From positions 1-43,598 of the forward strand of contig JBBSWJ010000021.1 in the NCBI GenBank assembly GCA_038046345.1: a stretch of DNA of 43,598 nucleotides, read 5' to 3'. Positions 1 through 9,592 of the stretch are shown in pieces. Position 1 is the first letter of the stretch; each line of letters starts with the position of its first letter. The notes under the pieces are model-generated. The model was given only the letters and a program-made list of their open reading frames with translations, was not told where the DNA came from and did not search any database. The position numbers were made by a program, and so were the translations under genes. The DNA is from Nanobdellota archaeon. Lineage in GTDB: Archaea; Nanobdellota; Nanobdellia; SCGC-AAA011-G17; JACPNG01.

Positions 1-134
1 TAATGGCAACATTAAGAATACTCACAAAGAGGAGTAGTGTAACTGAATATACAGCTAATGACATCCAACTTCTCGATTATAATCCATATCCAAAACTTAA
101 GAACCCAACACCTATGTTTGGCGGTTTATTCTGA
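1..134 (+). CDS. thyA: 3' end of probable thymidylate synthase (partial, runs off window start)
   Basis: Frame from position 3 reads MATLRILTKRSSVTEYTANDIQLLDYNPYPKLKNPTPMFGGLF*. This resembles the ThyA C-terminus (PKLxI...xDFxxxDxxLxxYxPHPxIK). Not in the ORF track. Confidence 0.65.
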   Translation, partial: MATLRILTKRSSVTEYTANDIQLLDYNPYPKLKNPTPMFGGLF

Positions 135-717
135 TAATATCCTTATACACAGCCAAAACAGCATTATAAAAAACAGAGTCTTTTAATGTAGCAGAAGTAT
201 TATTATTAGTAATGATGGTATCTGCAATCTGAACACACTTTTCAACTTGTTGACCGCCAGAAGGTTCACCAATACCCATATCCCTATTATCAGCATTTCT
301 AAACTCTTCAATTGATAAAATAGACTTATCACTACTTAATGCACGTTTAACCACACGATCATAACGTACTTGAAAATCAGCAATAACAGCAATTAAGTAA
401 AAGTAACCACTTTTTTTAAGCACCTCAACCTCAGCAGGATTCCGAATACCATCAATAATCACAACACCAGAAGAAACATTTTCTGGTAACATCTTTAAAA
501 CTAATTCAGCAAGACCCCCATGACCAAAGTCAACTCTTAAATTATTACCCAGATCCTGAAGATTATTACGAGTCGGTTCAATACCACGTTTACTAGCTTC
601 AGCACGAACAGCATCAGACAAAGAAAGAGAATAAAATGTTACACCTGCTTCCATGAAACAATCTACAACAGTAGTCTTACCAGAACCAAGATAACCAGTC
701 AAGCCGATCTTAATCAT
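112..717 (-). CDS. P-loop nucleotide kinase, dephospho-CoA kinase-like (archaeal AAA-family/UPF0200-like)
   Basis: N-terminal GLTGYLGSGKT Walker A, SLSDAVR and VIIDGIRNPAEV motifs. Confidence 0.75.
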   Translation of the reverse strand: MIKIGLTGYLGSGKTTVVDCFMEAGVTFYSLSLSDAVRAEASKRGIEPTRNNLQDLGNNLRVDFGHGGLAELVLKMLPENVSSGVVIIDGIRNPAEVEVLKKSGYFYLIAVIADFQVRYDRVVKRALSSDKSILSIEEFRNADNRDMGIGEPSGGQQVEKCVQIADTIITNNNTSATLKDSVFYNAVLAVYKDIIRINRQT

Positions 718-756
718 TATATCAAAAAAAAATTTAATCTTTTAAAAAGATATAGA

Positions 757-2523
757 TTATTTATAATAATACTCCCCTTTCTTTTTTTGAAGAACATCCA
801 ACTGAGAATTAGGCTTATTAATTCTTGGACGATTAGTTTCAGAATCCTGACGATATGTTATATCAAGCATCTTCAAAACCTTATTCATACCTGAACGCTT
901 ATCCACAGGAGAAGAAACAAAACCACTCTTGCCGCAAACACCACCAAAAACAAGCATGGAATCAGCAACGTAATCAACAAACTGAACATCATGATCAACA
1001 ATCAAAGCAGAAACCTCATTACGCTGAACAAACTCTTTAATAACCTCTGCAACTTTCAAACGATCTTCAACATCAATAAAAGCTGACGGCTCATCAAAAG
1101 CAAAAACTTCAGCATTTCTAGATAAACAAGCAGCAACCTGAACCTTTTGCAGCTCACCACCGGACAGAGTGCTTAAACGTGACAACAACAATGGTTTAAG
1201 ATTTAATTTTTCAAGAATATTATGCTTATACCATCCAGAAGAAAATTTAACACCAGCAATAGCCTGCAAGTATTCTTGAACAATTTGTTCATCAGCTTCT
1301 AAATACTGAGGTTTATAAGAAATACTTAAATCTGGAACCTTACCAGAATCAGAATGCTCAACACCAGCTAATAATTTTAAGAATGTACTTTTACCTAAAC
1401 CATTTTGCCCCATAACAGCAAGCACCTCGCCACTGTTAACAAAACCAGGTTCAACATCTAAAGTAAACCCTTCAAATATTTTCTTTAAATAAGGATACTC
1501 AAATAAAACGGTCTGTCTTTCTCTTTTAGGAAGCGGAACAGAAAACTTAATACCATAATCACGGAAACGAACATTATCATCCGGCAAATAACCATCAAGA
1601 TACTCATTAATCCCCCGCTTAACAGATTTACTCTGAGCAACAACACCATAAGCAACCTGTTCACCATAAGCAACCTGGATCTCATCACTAACATAATCAA
1701 GAGTGGCAAGATCATGCTCAACAACTATCACAGAAGAGTTACTTGCAATATTACGGATAAGCTTTGCAACCTGAACACGCTGAGAAATATCAAGAAAAGA
1801 AGCTGGCTCGTCAAGTAATAAAATATCAAACTTTTTAACAACAGCCGCAGCAATAGCTAATCTCTGCAATTCACCGCCAGATAACTTGTTTATATCTCTG
1901 TTCTTAACTAGCTCCATATTTAAGATATGAAGAACATCGTCACCTTTACCAGTTTCATCAACCTTCTTTATTAATTCGTTAACAGTTCCTTTTACTGTCT
2001 TGGGAAGAAGTTCAACTCGCTGAGGTTTATAAGAGATTTTAATTCTTTGGTCGTACAATTTACGAAAATGATCTCCTAATGCAACATGAGCAAATTTATT
2101 TATTACACTCTCCTGATTTGGTTTTGATTTATAATCACCAAGATTTGGGATAATATCACCAGAAAGAATCTGCAACGCTGTAGACTTACCAATACCATTC
2201 CTGCCTAACAAACCAACAACAGCATTCTTTTTTGGAACAGGCAAAGTAAATAATTCAAATAAATTTCTTCCATACCGATGCACTGGATCAGTTTGCAGCC
2301 TTTCAGGAAGATTGATAATCTTAATTGCATCAAACGGACAACGGACACAAATACCACAACCGATACATAACTCTTCATCAATTATTACCTTTTTATCAAC
2401 ATCACTAGGGTAAATACAATCTTGGCTGTTCCTATTAACAGGACATGCACCGATACACCAGTAATTACCACATTTAGACGGAGCGCACTTATCACGCTCA
2501 ACAATAGCAAGACGTTTAACCAT
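757..2523 (-). CDS. rli: ABCE1/RLI ribosome recycling ATPase
   Basis: N-terminal Fe-S cysteine clusters (CAPSKCG..C..ACP; CIGCGICVRCPFDAI) and two ABC domains (GRNGIGKST/LSGGELQ; GQNGLGKST/LSGGELQ). Confidence 0.97.
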   Translation of the reverse strand: MVKRLAIVERDKCAPSKCGNYWCIGACPVNRNSQDCIYPSDVDKKVIIDEELCIGCGICVRCPFDAIKIINLPERLQTDPVHRYGRNLFELFTLPVPKKNAVVGLLGRNGIGKSTALQILSGDIIPNLGDYKSKPNQESVINKFAHVALGDHFRKLYDQRIKISYKPQRVELLPKTVKGTVNELIKKVDETGKGDDVLHILNMELVKNRDINKLSGGELQRLAIAAAVVKKFDILLLDEPASFLDISQRVQVAKLIRNIASNSSVIVVEHDLATLDYVSDEIQVAYGEQVAYGVVAQSKSVKRGINEYLDGYLPDDNVRFRDYGIKFSVPLPKRERQTVLFEYPYLKKIFEGFTLDVEPGFVNSGEVLAVMGQNGLGKSTFLKLLAGVEHSDSGKVPDLSISYKPQYLEADEQIVQEYLQAIAGVKFSSGWYKHNILEKLNLKPLLLSRLSTLSGGELQKVQVAACLSRNAEVFAFDEPSAFIDVEDRLKVAEVIKEFVQRNEVSALIVDHDVQFVDYVADSMLVFGGVCGKSGFVSSPVDKRSGMNKVLKMLDITYRQDSETNRPRINKPNSQLDVLQKKKGEYYYK

Positions 2524-2561
2524 GAGCTATTAATAAAAAAAAGAATTTTTAAGCGTTTGTG

Positions 2562-3278
2562 CTATGAAAATGAAGCTAAAAACTCTTCTTCATAAAACTG
2601 CATTTTTCCTGGTATGATCAACACTTGAGGATAAACTTCTAATTCTTTGGATAATAACTCCCCCATTTTACCAGCAATTATTCTCTCATTATTACTGCCT
2701 AAAGCACCACATATTACTGCAATCTTGTTTGCTAACGTTTTATCCATTCTTAACAAGTAGCTTATTGCATCTTTAAAATTCATGAACTTTCCATCCTTCA
2801 GATCTAATAAGAATAAAGTGTGCAGATTATTATTTTGTAATAGAACATTATAAGGCTCCTTAACGTTATGATTATCAAATGGTATGCTTGTTACCTTCCC
2901 AAAATTATACATGGATAATCCTGTTACACTAACTGCTGTAAACACACTTGATCCATGTATCACCTGATAACTTATTTTGTGCTCCTTACATTCTTGCAAT
3001 AATGCTATATGAGTTGTGGCACATAAGGCATGCCCTTGAATCAAGATACCAATATTATTTTTTTTAGCTTTACTAATTAATTTTTTTGAATAATCTTCAA
3101 CGTCTTTTCTGGATAGTTTAGTGATCTTTTTTCCAAGTAATTTTTCAAGTTCTTTTACTGACTTACAATAACCGGTATAACCTTCTAAGTATAGCTTTGA
3201 GCATTTTTTAGCAGTTTCTTTTGCTTTAATACTCATGTCAATTGGTTCAGACAGACCGAGGCTTATTAGGTATAACAT
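2562..3278 (-). CDS. dph5: Diphthine synthase (diphthamide biosynthesis methyltransferase)
   Basis: MLYLISLGL start, ATTH, HGSSVFTAV..TGL..YNFGKVTSIPF, LHTLFLLD, PQVLIIPG motifs. Confidence 0.93.
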   Translation of the reverse strand: MLYLISLGLSEPIDMSIKAKETAKKCSKLYLEGYTGYCKSVKELEKLLGKKITKLSRKDVEDYSKKLISKAKKNNIGILIQGHALCATTHIALLQECKEHKISYQVIHGSSVFTAVSVTGLSMYNFGKVTSIPFDNHNVKEPYNVLLQNNNLHTLFLLDLKDGKFMNFKDAISYLLRMDKTLANKIAVICGALGSNNERIIAGKMGELLSKELEVYPQVLIIPGKMQFYEEEFLASFS

Positions 3279-3763
3279 GTTATTTGAGATAAGATTAATC
3301 CAGCAACCAAAGCATTAATATGTATTTCGTATGGAACAAACAAGATAGCTACTGGCAATAAATACAAAAAAAAGTTAAGCAGAGCTTGTTTTTTTAACAT
3401 CTTCCTACGATGGCGGTAAAGGTTCATAGTTCCATCAGGAAGCCCATGAAGAAATATTAATGATGCAATAAGTACAATGACACCGGCTAAAATAGCAGTT
3501 ACACTTGCTAATCCTAAGTAAAAGTATTTCAGTTTAACAAACCTCCCAATAAAAATCCCGGCAATAAACTGTATTATGTCAATTACAAAAACTTTAGTCG
3601 GTAGTAAAAATAATATAAATGCTATCAGTATGAGCAATACCTGTTGTAATACCTTAAAGTACTTCTCTCCAGCTTTTAATTCTTCCCAGCTATAATGCGC
3701 TATCAAAAACCCAATTAATAATCCAGTAAATGCAAAAATATGAATTATTATATTTATGATCAT
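3266..3763 (-). CDS. Hypothetical multi-pass membrane protein
   Basis: About 5 hydrophobic segments; overlaps the dph5 start, consistent with an operon. Confidence 0.7.
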   Translation of the reverse strand: MIINIIIHIFAFTGLLIGFLIAHYSWEELKAGEKYFKVLQQVLLILIAFILFLLPTKVFVIDIIQFIAGIFIGRFVKLKYFYLGLASVTAILAGVIVLIASLIFLHGLPDGTMNLYRHRRKMLKKQALLNFFLYLLPVAILFVPYEIHINALVAGLILSQITCYT

Positions 3764-3855
3764 GCTTTAACAAAGTATATTTTCTTTTAAATATTTTGCT
3801 AGAACATTTATTTTGAATGAAAATTGTTATATATTACTATTATATTATAAATGCT

Positions 3856-4584
3856 ATGAGTATAAGAGCTTTAATAACCGGTTTATCCCTTAGTCTTATT
3901 TTGAATAACCAAGCTATGTCTAACCAATTTCAATCAGTAGTACCATTACGTATCCCGGATAATGTTGGTGAAGTACATGGCGCTCATACCTGGAGATCAC
4001 ATCCAGTGCTAGAAGTGCGCGGAAGTATTGAGTATAAACCATTATTAGATGTATTAGAAAGAGTACCAGATGAATATCAAGATCTAACAAACGCTTATCG
4101 GGGGGAGGTTGTTCTATTCAAGGGATTACTCACTGAAAACAAAGAGCTTAGACAGCTGCGTGGAAAAAACGTGCCAGGTATTTATCCACCTGTTCCTTAT
4201 GATAGCTTAAATGGACTTTATGATCCTAAGACCAAAAAGGCATTCGTAAGCAATAGATTTCAATCACAACCAGAAGCTAAAGGATCAACACCGCTACATG
4301 AATACGGTCACTTAGTAGATGATGCTTTAGGCCATATCTTTTTTGGAGAAAAAAAACTATTATCCAACACAATTTTTTTTGATGAGGTTTATCAAAAGTA
4401 CAAGAACCAGCTACCCCCTGGTCTTTATAATAGACACGAATTCTTTGCAGAAATGTTCTCAAGGTTTTATTTCACAACTGAGTCAAGAGACACACTTAAA
4501 GTTATCTGTTCAGAAGCTTTTTCATATTTTGAAAACCTTGAAAGAAGTGTGGTCTTTGGTGTAAGAAGCGTAAAAAAAAGATAA
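3856..4584 (+). CDS. Secreted zinc metalloprotease, anthrax lethal factor (ATLF)/Pro-Pro endopeptidase-like
   Basis: Signal-peptide-like MSIRALITGLSLSLIL (likely start 3856; ORF track starts 3817), HEYGH zinc motif at 4297-4311, downstream EFFAEMF third ligand, LKVICSEAFSYFENL tail. Confidence 0.75.
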   Translation: MSIRALITGLSLSLILNNQAMSNQFQSVVPLRIPDNVGEVHGAHTWRSHPVLEVRGSIEYKPLLDVLERVPDEYQDLTNAYRGEVVLFKGLLTENKELRQLRGKNVPGIYPPVPYDSLNGLYDPKTKKAFVSNRFQSQPEAKGSTPLHEYGHLVDDALGHIFFGEKKLLSNTIFFDEVYQKYKNQLPPGLYNRHEFFAEMFSRFYFTTESRDTLKVICSEAFSYFENLERSVVFGVRSVKKR

Positions 4585-4765
4585 GCATCTTTAATTATTC
4601 AGTTTTGTTTTTATTAAACCATAAAACATTCCTAATGATAGCATAAATTTAATTCATAAATATTCAAGCCCTAACCCCTTAAAAGAATCATGCCACACAG
4701 CAAGCAAAACAATTATATAGTCCAACTACCCTGTTATAAAACATAATATTAAAGGAGGGGATGTA

Positions 4766-5425
4766 ATGATCTTTGAAGTTAATACGTTTCTCGACCCACT
4801 TGTGGTGTTATGGAACACACTTATTTCTATTGTCCCAACCATGATATACGCATTAGTTATTGGTGTTGTAGGCTATATTATTGCATATTTTTTAGGGCAT
4901 GTTGTTCGTGTTGGATTATCAAAGGCACGTTTAGATCATAAAGTAGAATCTGCTAAAGTCAGTAAAGCAATAGGACATGTTAGACTATCCAGCTTGTTTG
5001 GTGAACTAACCAAATGGTTTGTTTTCATCATATTCCTTCAAGCTTCTGTAAGCATATTAAACCTTGGAACAGTATCCGACATTTTAGGGCAATTTGTATT
5101 ATGGCTCCCTAACTTAATAGCTGCAATACTAGTCTTGATATTTGGACTGCTATTCGCACACTTTGTTAGCCATCAAATCACAACACACACAAAGACCAAA
5201 GGAGCTGATTCTATCGCTAATGTTATGAGATGGATTATCATAATTATTGCTGTAGTTATCGGTCTTGGGCAGATTGGATTAAGAACTAATTTCCTTGAAC
5301 ATTTAATCTTGCTAGTTGCTGGAGCATTAGCTGTAGGACTTGCACTTGCAGTTGGATTAAGCTTTGGACTTGGAAACAAAAGAGAAGCAAACAGATTATT
5401 ACAGAAGTTTTTAAAGAACTTCTAA
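4766..5425 (+). CDS. Membrane protein with conserved TM-helix repeats (MscS/CmpX-associated type)
   Basis: Two repeats of the xxxPxxIxAxxIxxxGxxIA pattern; AGGAGG ribosome-binding site at about 4753. Confidence 0.75.
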   Translation: MIFEVNTFLDPLVVLWNTLISIVPTMIYALVIGVVGYIIAYFLGHVVRVGLSKARLDHKVESAKVSKAIGHVRLSSLFGELTKWFVFIIFLQASVSILNLGTVSDILGQFVLWLPNLIAAILVLIFGLLFAHFVSHQITTHTKTKGADSIANVMRWIIIIIAVVIGLGQIGLRTNFLEHLILLVAGALAVGLALAVGLSFGLGNKREANRLLQKFLKNF

Positions 5426-5513
5426 TTTATTTTTTATAAACTATTCAGTGATTAGATAATATTAAATATTATTTCGGTATAACAATCAGAAAAAAAATTG
5501 TGAGGTGAATTTC

Positions 5514-5567
5514 ATGGCAGCCAAAAGAAGGAAACGAACTGAAGCTTCTTCAAAAAGAAGAAGCTAA
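5514..5567 (+). CDS. Putative 17-aa basic micro-protein MAAKRRKRTEASSKRRS
   Basis: GAGGTGA Shine-Dalgarno at 5502-5508, ATG at 5514, TAA at 5565-5567, T-rich tract downstream, located in an otherwise empty intergenic gap. Confidence 0.45.
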   Translation: MAAKRRKRTEASSKRRS

Positions 5568-5702
5568 ACTAAGCATAACTTAAGTTGAGCACTTCCTTTT
5601 ATTTTAATTATTTCAAAAACCTTATTAATAATAGAATAGTAATAAGCTTATGTTGTATGATACACCATCAGTGATTTCGGGGGTAATTTTTAGCATATTC
5701 AG

Positions 5703-8291
5703 ATGAAATATCATTCACTCCAAGAAAATAAAGTACTTAATGAACTAAAAACCTCAAAGAACGGGTTAGACTATGCTACAATAAACAACAGAATAAAAAA
5801 GTACGGTCTTAATATATTACCAGAAAAAAAACAAATAAGCCCCTTTAGTATATTCTTAAAGCAGTTTAAGAGCGCTCTTGTGCTAATTCTTATTGCAGCT
5901 GCTATCATAAGCATGCTTATCGGAGAATTACTTGACGCGCTTATAATCTTCATTATTCTAATACTAAACGCACTGTTAGGATTCATACAAGAATACAAAG
6001 CAGAAAAAGGTATACAGGCACTTAAAAAACTAACAAGCAGCAAAGTAAAAGTATTACGAAACGGAGAACAATCAATAATTGAATCTAAATACCTTGTACC
6101 AGGAGATATAACAATACTTGAGAGCGGCTTAAACATCCCAGCTGATATGCGGCTTATTGAGCTATACGAACTTGAAATAAATGAATCAACACTAACAGGA
6201 GAATCAACACTAATAAAAAAGAAACTTGGAGCACTACCATCAAAAACTGCTATTGCTGATCAGAAAAATATGGTTTTTTCTGGAACCACAGTATCAAATG
6301 GCAGAGGCATGGGAGTTGTTACAGCAACTGCTTCTAGCACTGAACTTGGTAAAATTTCAGATATGATCGAACAATGTGAAGATGCACCCACACCATTACA
6401 ATTACAACTAAAAAAACTTGGAAGACTGCTTGGTATTTTAACTATCATTATTGCATTTATTGTTTTTCTTGGAGGCATATTCAAAGGATTTAGCTTTGGT
6501 ACAATACTCATAACCTCCATAGCCATAGCAGTGGCTGCAATACCTGAAGGGCTTCCAGCAATAGTGACAATAGGATTAGCTCTAGGAGCACAGAGGATGA
6601 TTAAACATAAAGTCCTGATTAGAAACCTTCCAAGTGTTGAAACCTTAGGAGATACTTCTGTGATCTGCGCTGATAAAACTGGCACATTAACCAAAAACCA
6701 AATGGAAGTAGAACGATTATTTGTAGACAACCAGATTATAACCATAAACAATAAAAAATTTTCTTCTACACCAAGAGATCTTGATACTTTATTAAAGATC
6801 GGTGCTGCTTGTAATAATGCTGTTTTTCAAAGAAATGAACTTATTGGTGACCCAACAGAAGGAGCCCTGATAACTTCTGCTGCAATAAAAGGCATTAATT
6901 CAAAAAATAATCAACGCATAGGAGAAATCCCATTCAGTTCTGAACGTAAATGCATGTCCACAATCCATAGGCTAGAAAATAACAAAGTGATATACATGAA
7001 AGGAGCCACATCAGTTGTTCTAAACAAATGCACCAAGATAATAATAAACGGACATATTACAAACTTAGATAATCCAACAAGAAAGAAGATTCTTTTACAA
7101 GATGCAAATTTCTCCAAAGATGCATTACGTGTTTTGGGATTTGCATATGGAATCGTTAAAGAAAAACCAAAAGAAGAAAATCTAATCTTTGTAGGGCTAC
7201 AAGGAATGCATGACCCACCAAGAAATGAAGTTAAAAAATCACTAGCAATCTGCAAAAAAGCTGGAATCAAAGTTATCATGATAACAGGCGACCATCAGAA
7301 CACCGCTATTGCAATTGGAAAGGAACTTGGACTAAGCGGGGGGGTAATGACCGGTGAAGAACTAGATAACACCACGGACTTAAGCAGGGTAGTTGACAAC
7401 ATTACTATCTTTGCCAGAGTGAACCCCTCACATAAGCTAAAGATTGTTGACGCATTAAAATCTAAAAATTATGTTGTTGCTATGACCGGCGACGGAGTTA
7501 ATGACGCACCAGCACTAAAAGAAGCAGATATAGGCATCGCAATGGGCTTATCAGGAACTGATGTTGCTAAAGATGCTAGTGATATGATCCTATTAGATGA
7601 TAATTTTTCAAGCATTGTTTCTGCTGTCAGCGAAGGACGCAGCATCTACCATAACATAGTTAGCTTTGTTGGATACTTATTAAGCAGCAACATAGGAGAA
7701 GTTCTAACCTTATTTATCGGAATCTTACTAGCTATCCCATTACCATTATTGGCTATTCAAATCTTATGGATTAACCTTATCACTGACGGCCTACCTGCAT
7801 TAGCACTAAGCGTAAACCCAGCTGATCATGCCTACATGACAAAAAAACCACGCAGCAAGGACAGCAAGATAATCCCAAGAGCACGGTTTATCAAAATGTT
7901 ATTAATCGGTGCTATCATGGCTGGCGGAACACTTAGCCTGTTCATATTTGGATTAAATACTAACAGTTGGACACCAGGTTCAGTTGATAATAGATATGTT
8001 TACGCTTTAACCATCTCTTTTACTGCGCTAGTTGTTTACCAGCTGTTTAATGTTTTAAACTATGCAAGCGAACCAAGATCATTGTTTAACAGAAATAGCT
8101 TTAAGAATAAATGGTTATGGTTAGCAATTGCTTCAAGCTTATCACTCCAAATATTAGTCATTTACTCTCCTTTATCTTCATATTTTATGGTTACACCATT
8201 ATCACTTGGAATGTGGGCTTTAATCATTTTAGCTTCTTCAAGCGTGCTTTGGTTTGGCGAATTATGTAAGAAATTTTTTCCTGAAAGCTAA
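5703..8291 (+). CDS. Cation-transporting P-type ATPase (P2A, Ca2+-like)
   Basis: TGES, IPEGLP, DKTGTLT phosphorylation motif, KGA, DPPR, MITGD, TGDGVNDAPAL, QILWINLITDG. Confidence 0.95.
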   Translation: MKYHSLQENKVLNELKTSKNGLDYATINNRIKKYGLNILPEKKQISPFSIFLKQFKSALVLILIAAAIISMLIGELLDALIIFIILILNALLGFIQEYKAEKGIQALKKLTSSKVKVLRNGEQSIIESKYLVPGDITILESGLNIPADMRLIELYELEINESTLTGESTLIKKKLGALPSKTAIADQKNMVFSGTTVSNGRGMGVVTATASSTELGKISDMIEQCEDAPTPLQLQLKKLGRLLGILTIIIAFIVFLGGIFKGFSFGTILITSIAIAVAAIPEGLPAIVTIGLALGAQRMIKHKVLIRNLPSVETLGDTSVICADKTGTLTKNQMEVERLFVDNQIITINNKKFSSTPRDLDTLLKIGAACNNAVFQRNELIGDPTEGALITSAAIKGINSKNNQRIGEIPFSSERKCMSTIHRLENNKVIYMKGATSVVLNKCTKIIINGHITNLDNPTRKKILLQDANFSKDALRVLGFAYGIVKEKPKEENLIFVGLQGMHDPPRNEVKKSLAICKKAGIKVIMITGDHQNTAIAIGKELGLSGGVMTGEELDNTTDLSRVVDNITIFARVNPSHKLKIVDALKSKNYVVAMTGDGVNDAPALKEADIGIAMGLSGTDVAKDASDMILLDDNFSSIVSAVSEGRSIYHNIVSFVGYLLSSNIGEVLTLFIGILLAIPLPLLAIQILWINLITDGLPALALSVNPADHAYMTKKPRSKDSKIIPRARFIKMLLIGAIMAGGTLSLFIFGLNTNSWTPGSVDNRYVYALTISFTALVVYQLFNVLNYASEPRSLFNRNSFKNKWLWLAIASSLSLQILVIYSPLSSYFMVTPLSLGMWALIILASSSVLWFGELCKKFFPES

Positions 8292-8932
8292 TCTTCCTTA
8301 TCTTTTTGAAACTTCTTTAATTTTGTAAGAAACTTATGCGACACAGCTATAGGCTCAGGCATCTTATGCGGCGGGATTATTAATGTTTTTATTAATGTGA
8401 TGGAAGTGTCCAATCCTATCTTATGCCCTGGACTGATAAATATCGGATTACTTACCTTCTTAGTTACAAGCAATTTACCACGCGGTTCTCCCTGCACAAC
8501 CACAGTATCATTTTGTAAACTACCACACAACATAGCTTTTGCCACGCCTATTGTAGGAATGTCAAGTTCTAAACCGACATGGGATGCAATACCTATCCTT
8601 CTTGGGTGTAATATACCATCACCTTTTACTAGGAGTAAGTCTGGCTTATGCTCTAATTTCTTGAACGCTTCTATTATAGCTGAGCCTTCATTATAAAAAC
8701 TATACCCAGGATTATATCTCTGCGTTATATCTGTTGTTGCATATTTTTTTTCAATTTCTTGAAGTTGAGGATATGTAAAAACTGATATAACTGCCATTAC
8801 GCCTTTACCAACAATTATCTGATCTGTACCACCAACAGTGGTAAGCTTTTCTGGATTGAGCTCATTTGTTGTACTCACCTTCTTAGCAAGACCAAGCTGC
8901 TCTTTTTTTAATTCTTCCATTAAGTTAAACAT
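8288..8932 (-). CDS. nfi: Endonuclease V homolog (one catalytic Asp replaced)
   Basis: GILHPRRIGIASHVG, PTIGVAK, IFISPGHKI, KMPEP motifs; the usual VDG reads VKG. Confidence 0.88.
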   Translation of the reverse strand: MFNLMEELKKEQLGLAKKVSTTNELNPEKLTTVGGTDQIIVGKGVMAVISVFTYPQLQEIEKKYATTDITQRYNPGYSFYNEGSAIIEAFKKLEHKPDLLLVKGDGILHPRRIGIASHVGLELDIPTIGVAKAMLCGSLQNDTVVVQGEPRGKLLVTKKVSNPIFISPGHKIGLDTSITLIKTLIIPPHKMPEPIAVSHKFLTKLKKFQKDKED

Positions 8933-8952
8933 GAACTTCTTATTTTTTAAAG

Positions 8953-9150
8953 TTATCTTTTAGAACCTATGTAGATGATACTTAAAATATACCCTATAAT
9001 AGCCATAATAAAAGCAAAAAACTGAATTATACCAATATCATTAGGATATGATCCGTTAAAAGACCCAGAAAGACCTAACAGGGTTAAGCCAATAATTAAA
9101 AGAGCTAACAATCCAATTACATTATACGTTTGTATTATCGCTTTATACAT
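8953..9150 (-). CDS. Small hypothetical two-TM membrane protein
   Basis: 65 aa with two hydrophobic helices. Confidence 0.55.
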   Translation of the reverse strand: MYKAIIQTYNVIGLLALLIIGLTLLGLSGSFNGSYPNDIGIIQFFAFIMAIIGYILSIIYIGSKR

Positions 9151-9210
9151 TATGACTTCCTATAAGGTATATCTGCAAAAGCCACCATTAATAAAGGTTA
9201 TTGTTAATGA

Positions 9211-9399
9211 TACCATGTTTGCGGTCGGAAGAACCCTCCAAGAACTGGTATCTGTTCAAATTGTAAGAGAGTCTTAGGACGTTATCAGGAGCTTATGAAT
9301 GAGGAGATCAACAAGTCATTACAGTGGTTTATGAACAGTGTAGTAACAAACCCAGCACTCTTGTCTCGTTTCAAAGAGTTTGAGACGGTGATAAAATAG
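9211..9399 (+). pseudogene. Start-less remnant with partial zinc ribbon, probably the C-terminal tail of an archaeal tyrosine integrase
   Basis: Open frame YHVCGRKNPPRTGICSNCKRVLGRYQELMNEEINKSLQWFMNSVVTNPALLSRFKEFETVIK*, preceded directly by TGA. The CG..NP....CxxC..L pattern plus a helical tail is typical of such integrase tails. Confidence 0.45.
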
Positions 9400-9519
9400 A
9401 ATAGTTACCTCTCAGAAGAATTGATATTGATAAATAAAAAATAAATAGTCCCCCCCTGAAGAGCACTATCCATCGCAGCAGGCTGAAGAGCTATTAAACC
9501 TAGACACTCCATTAACTTT

Positions 9520-9546
9520 CTTCATCACAAAAGTTTGTTGATGAAG
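9520..9546. other. Stem-loop downstream of the putative DGR target gene (terminator or DGR cis element)
   Basis: CTTCATCA-CAA...TTG-T-TGATGAAG inverted repeat about 50 nt past the stop codon. Confidence 0.35.
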
Positions 9547-9592
9547 TAACTGGGACAAGAAAAAAAGTAAGAGAAGATATAAATAAGGTTTA

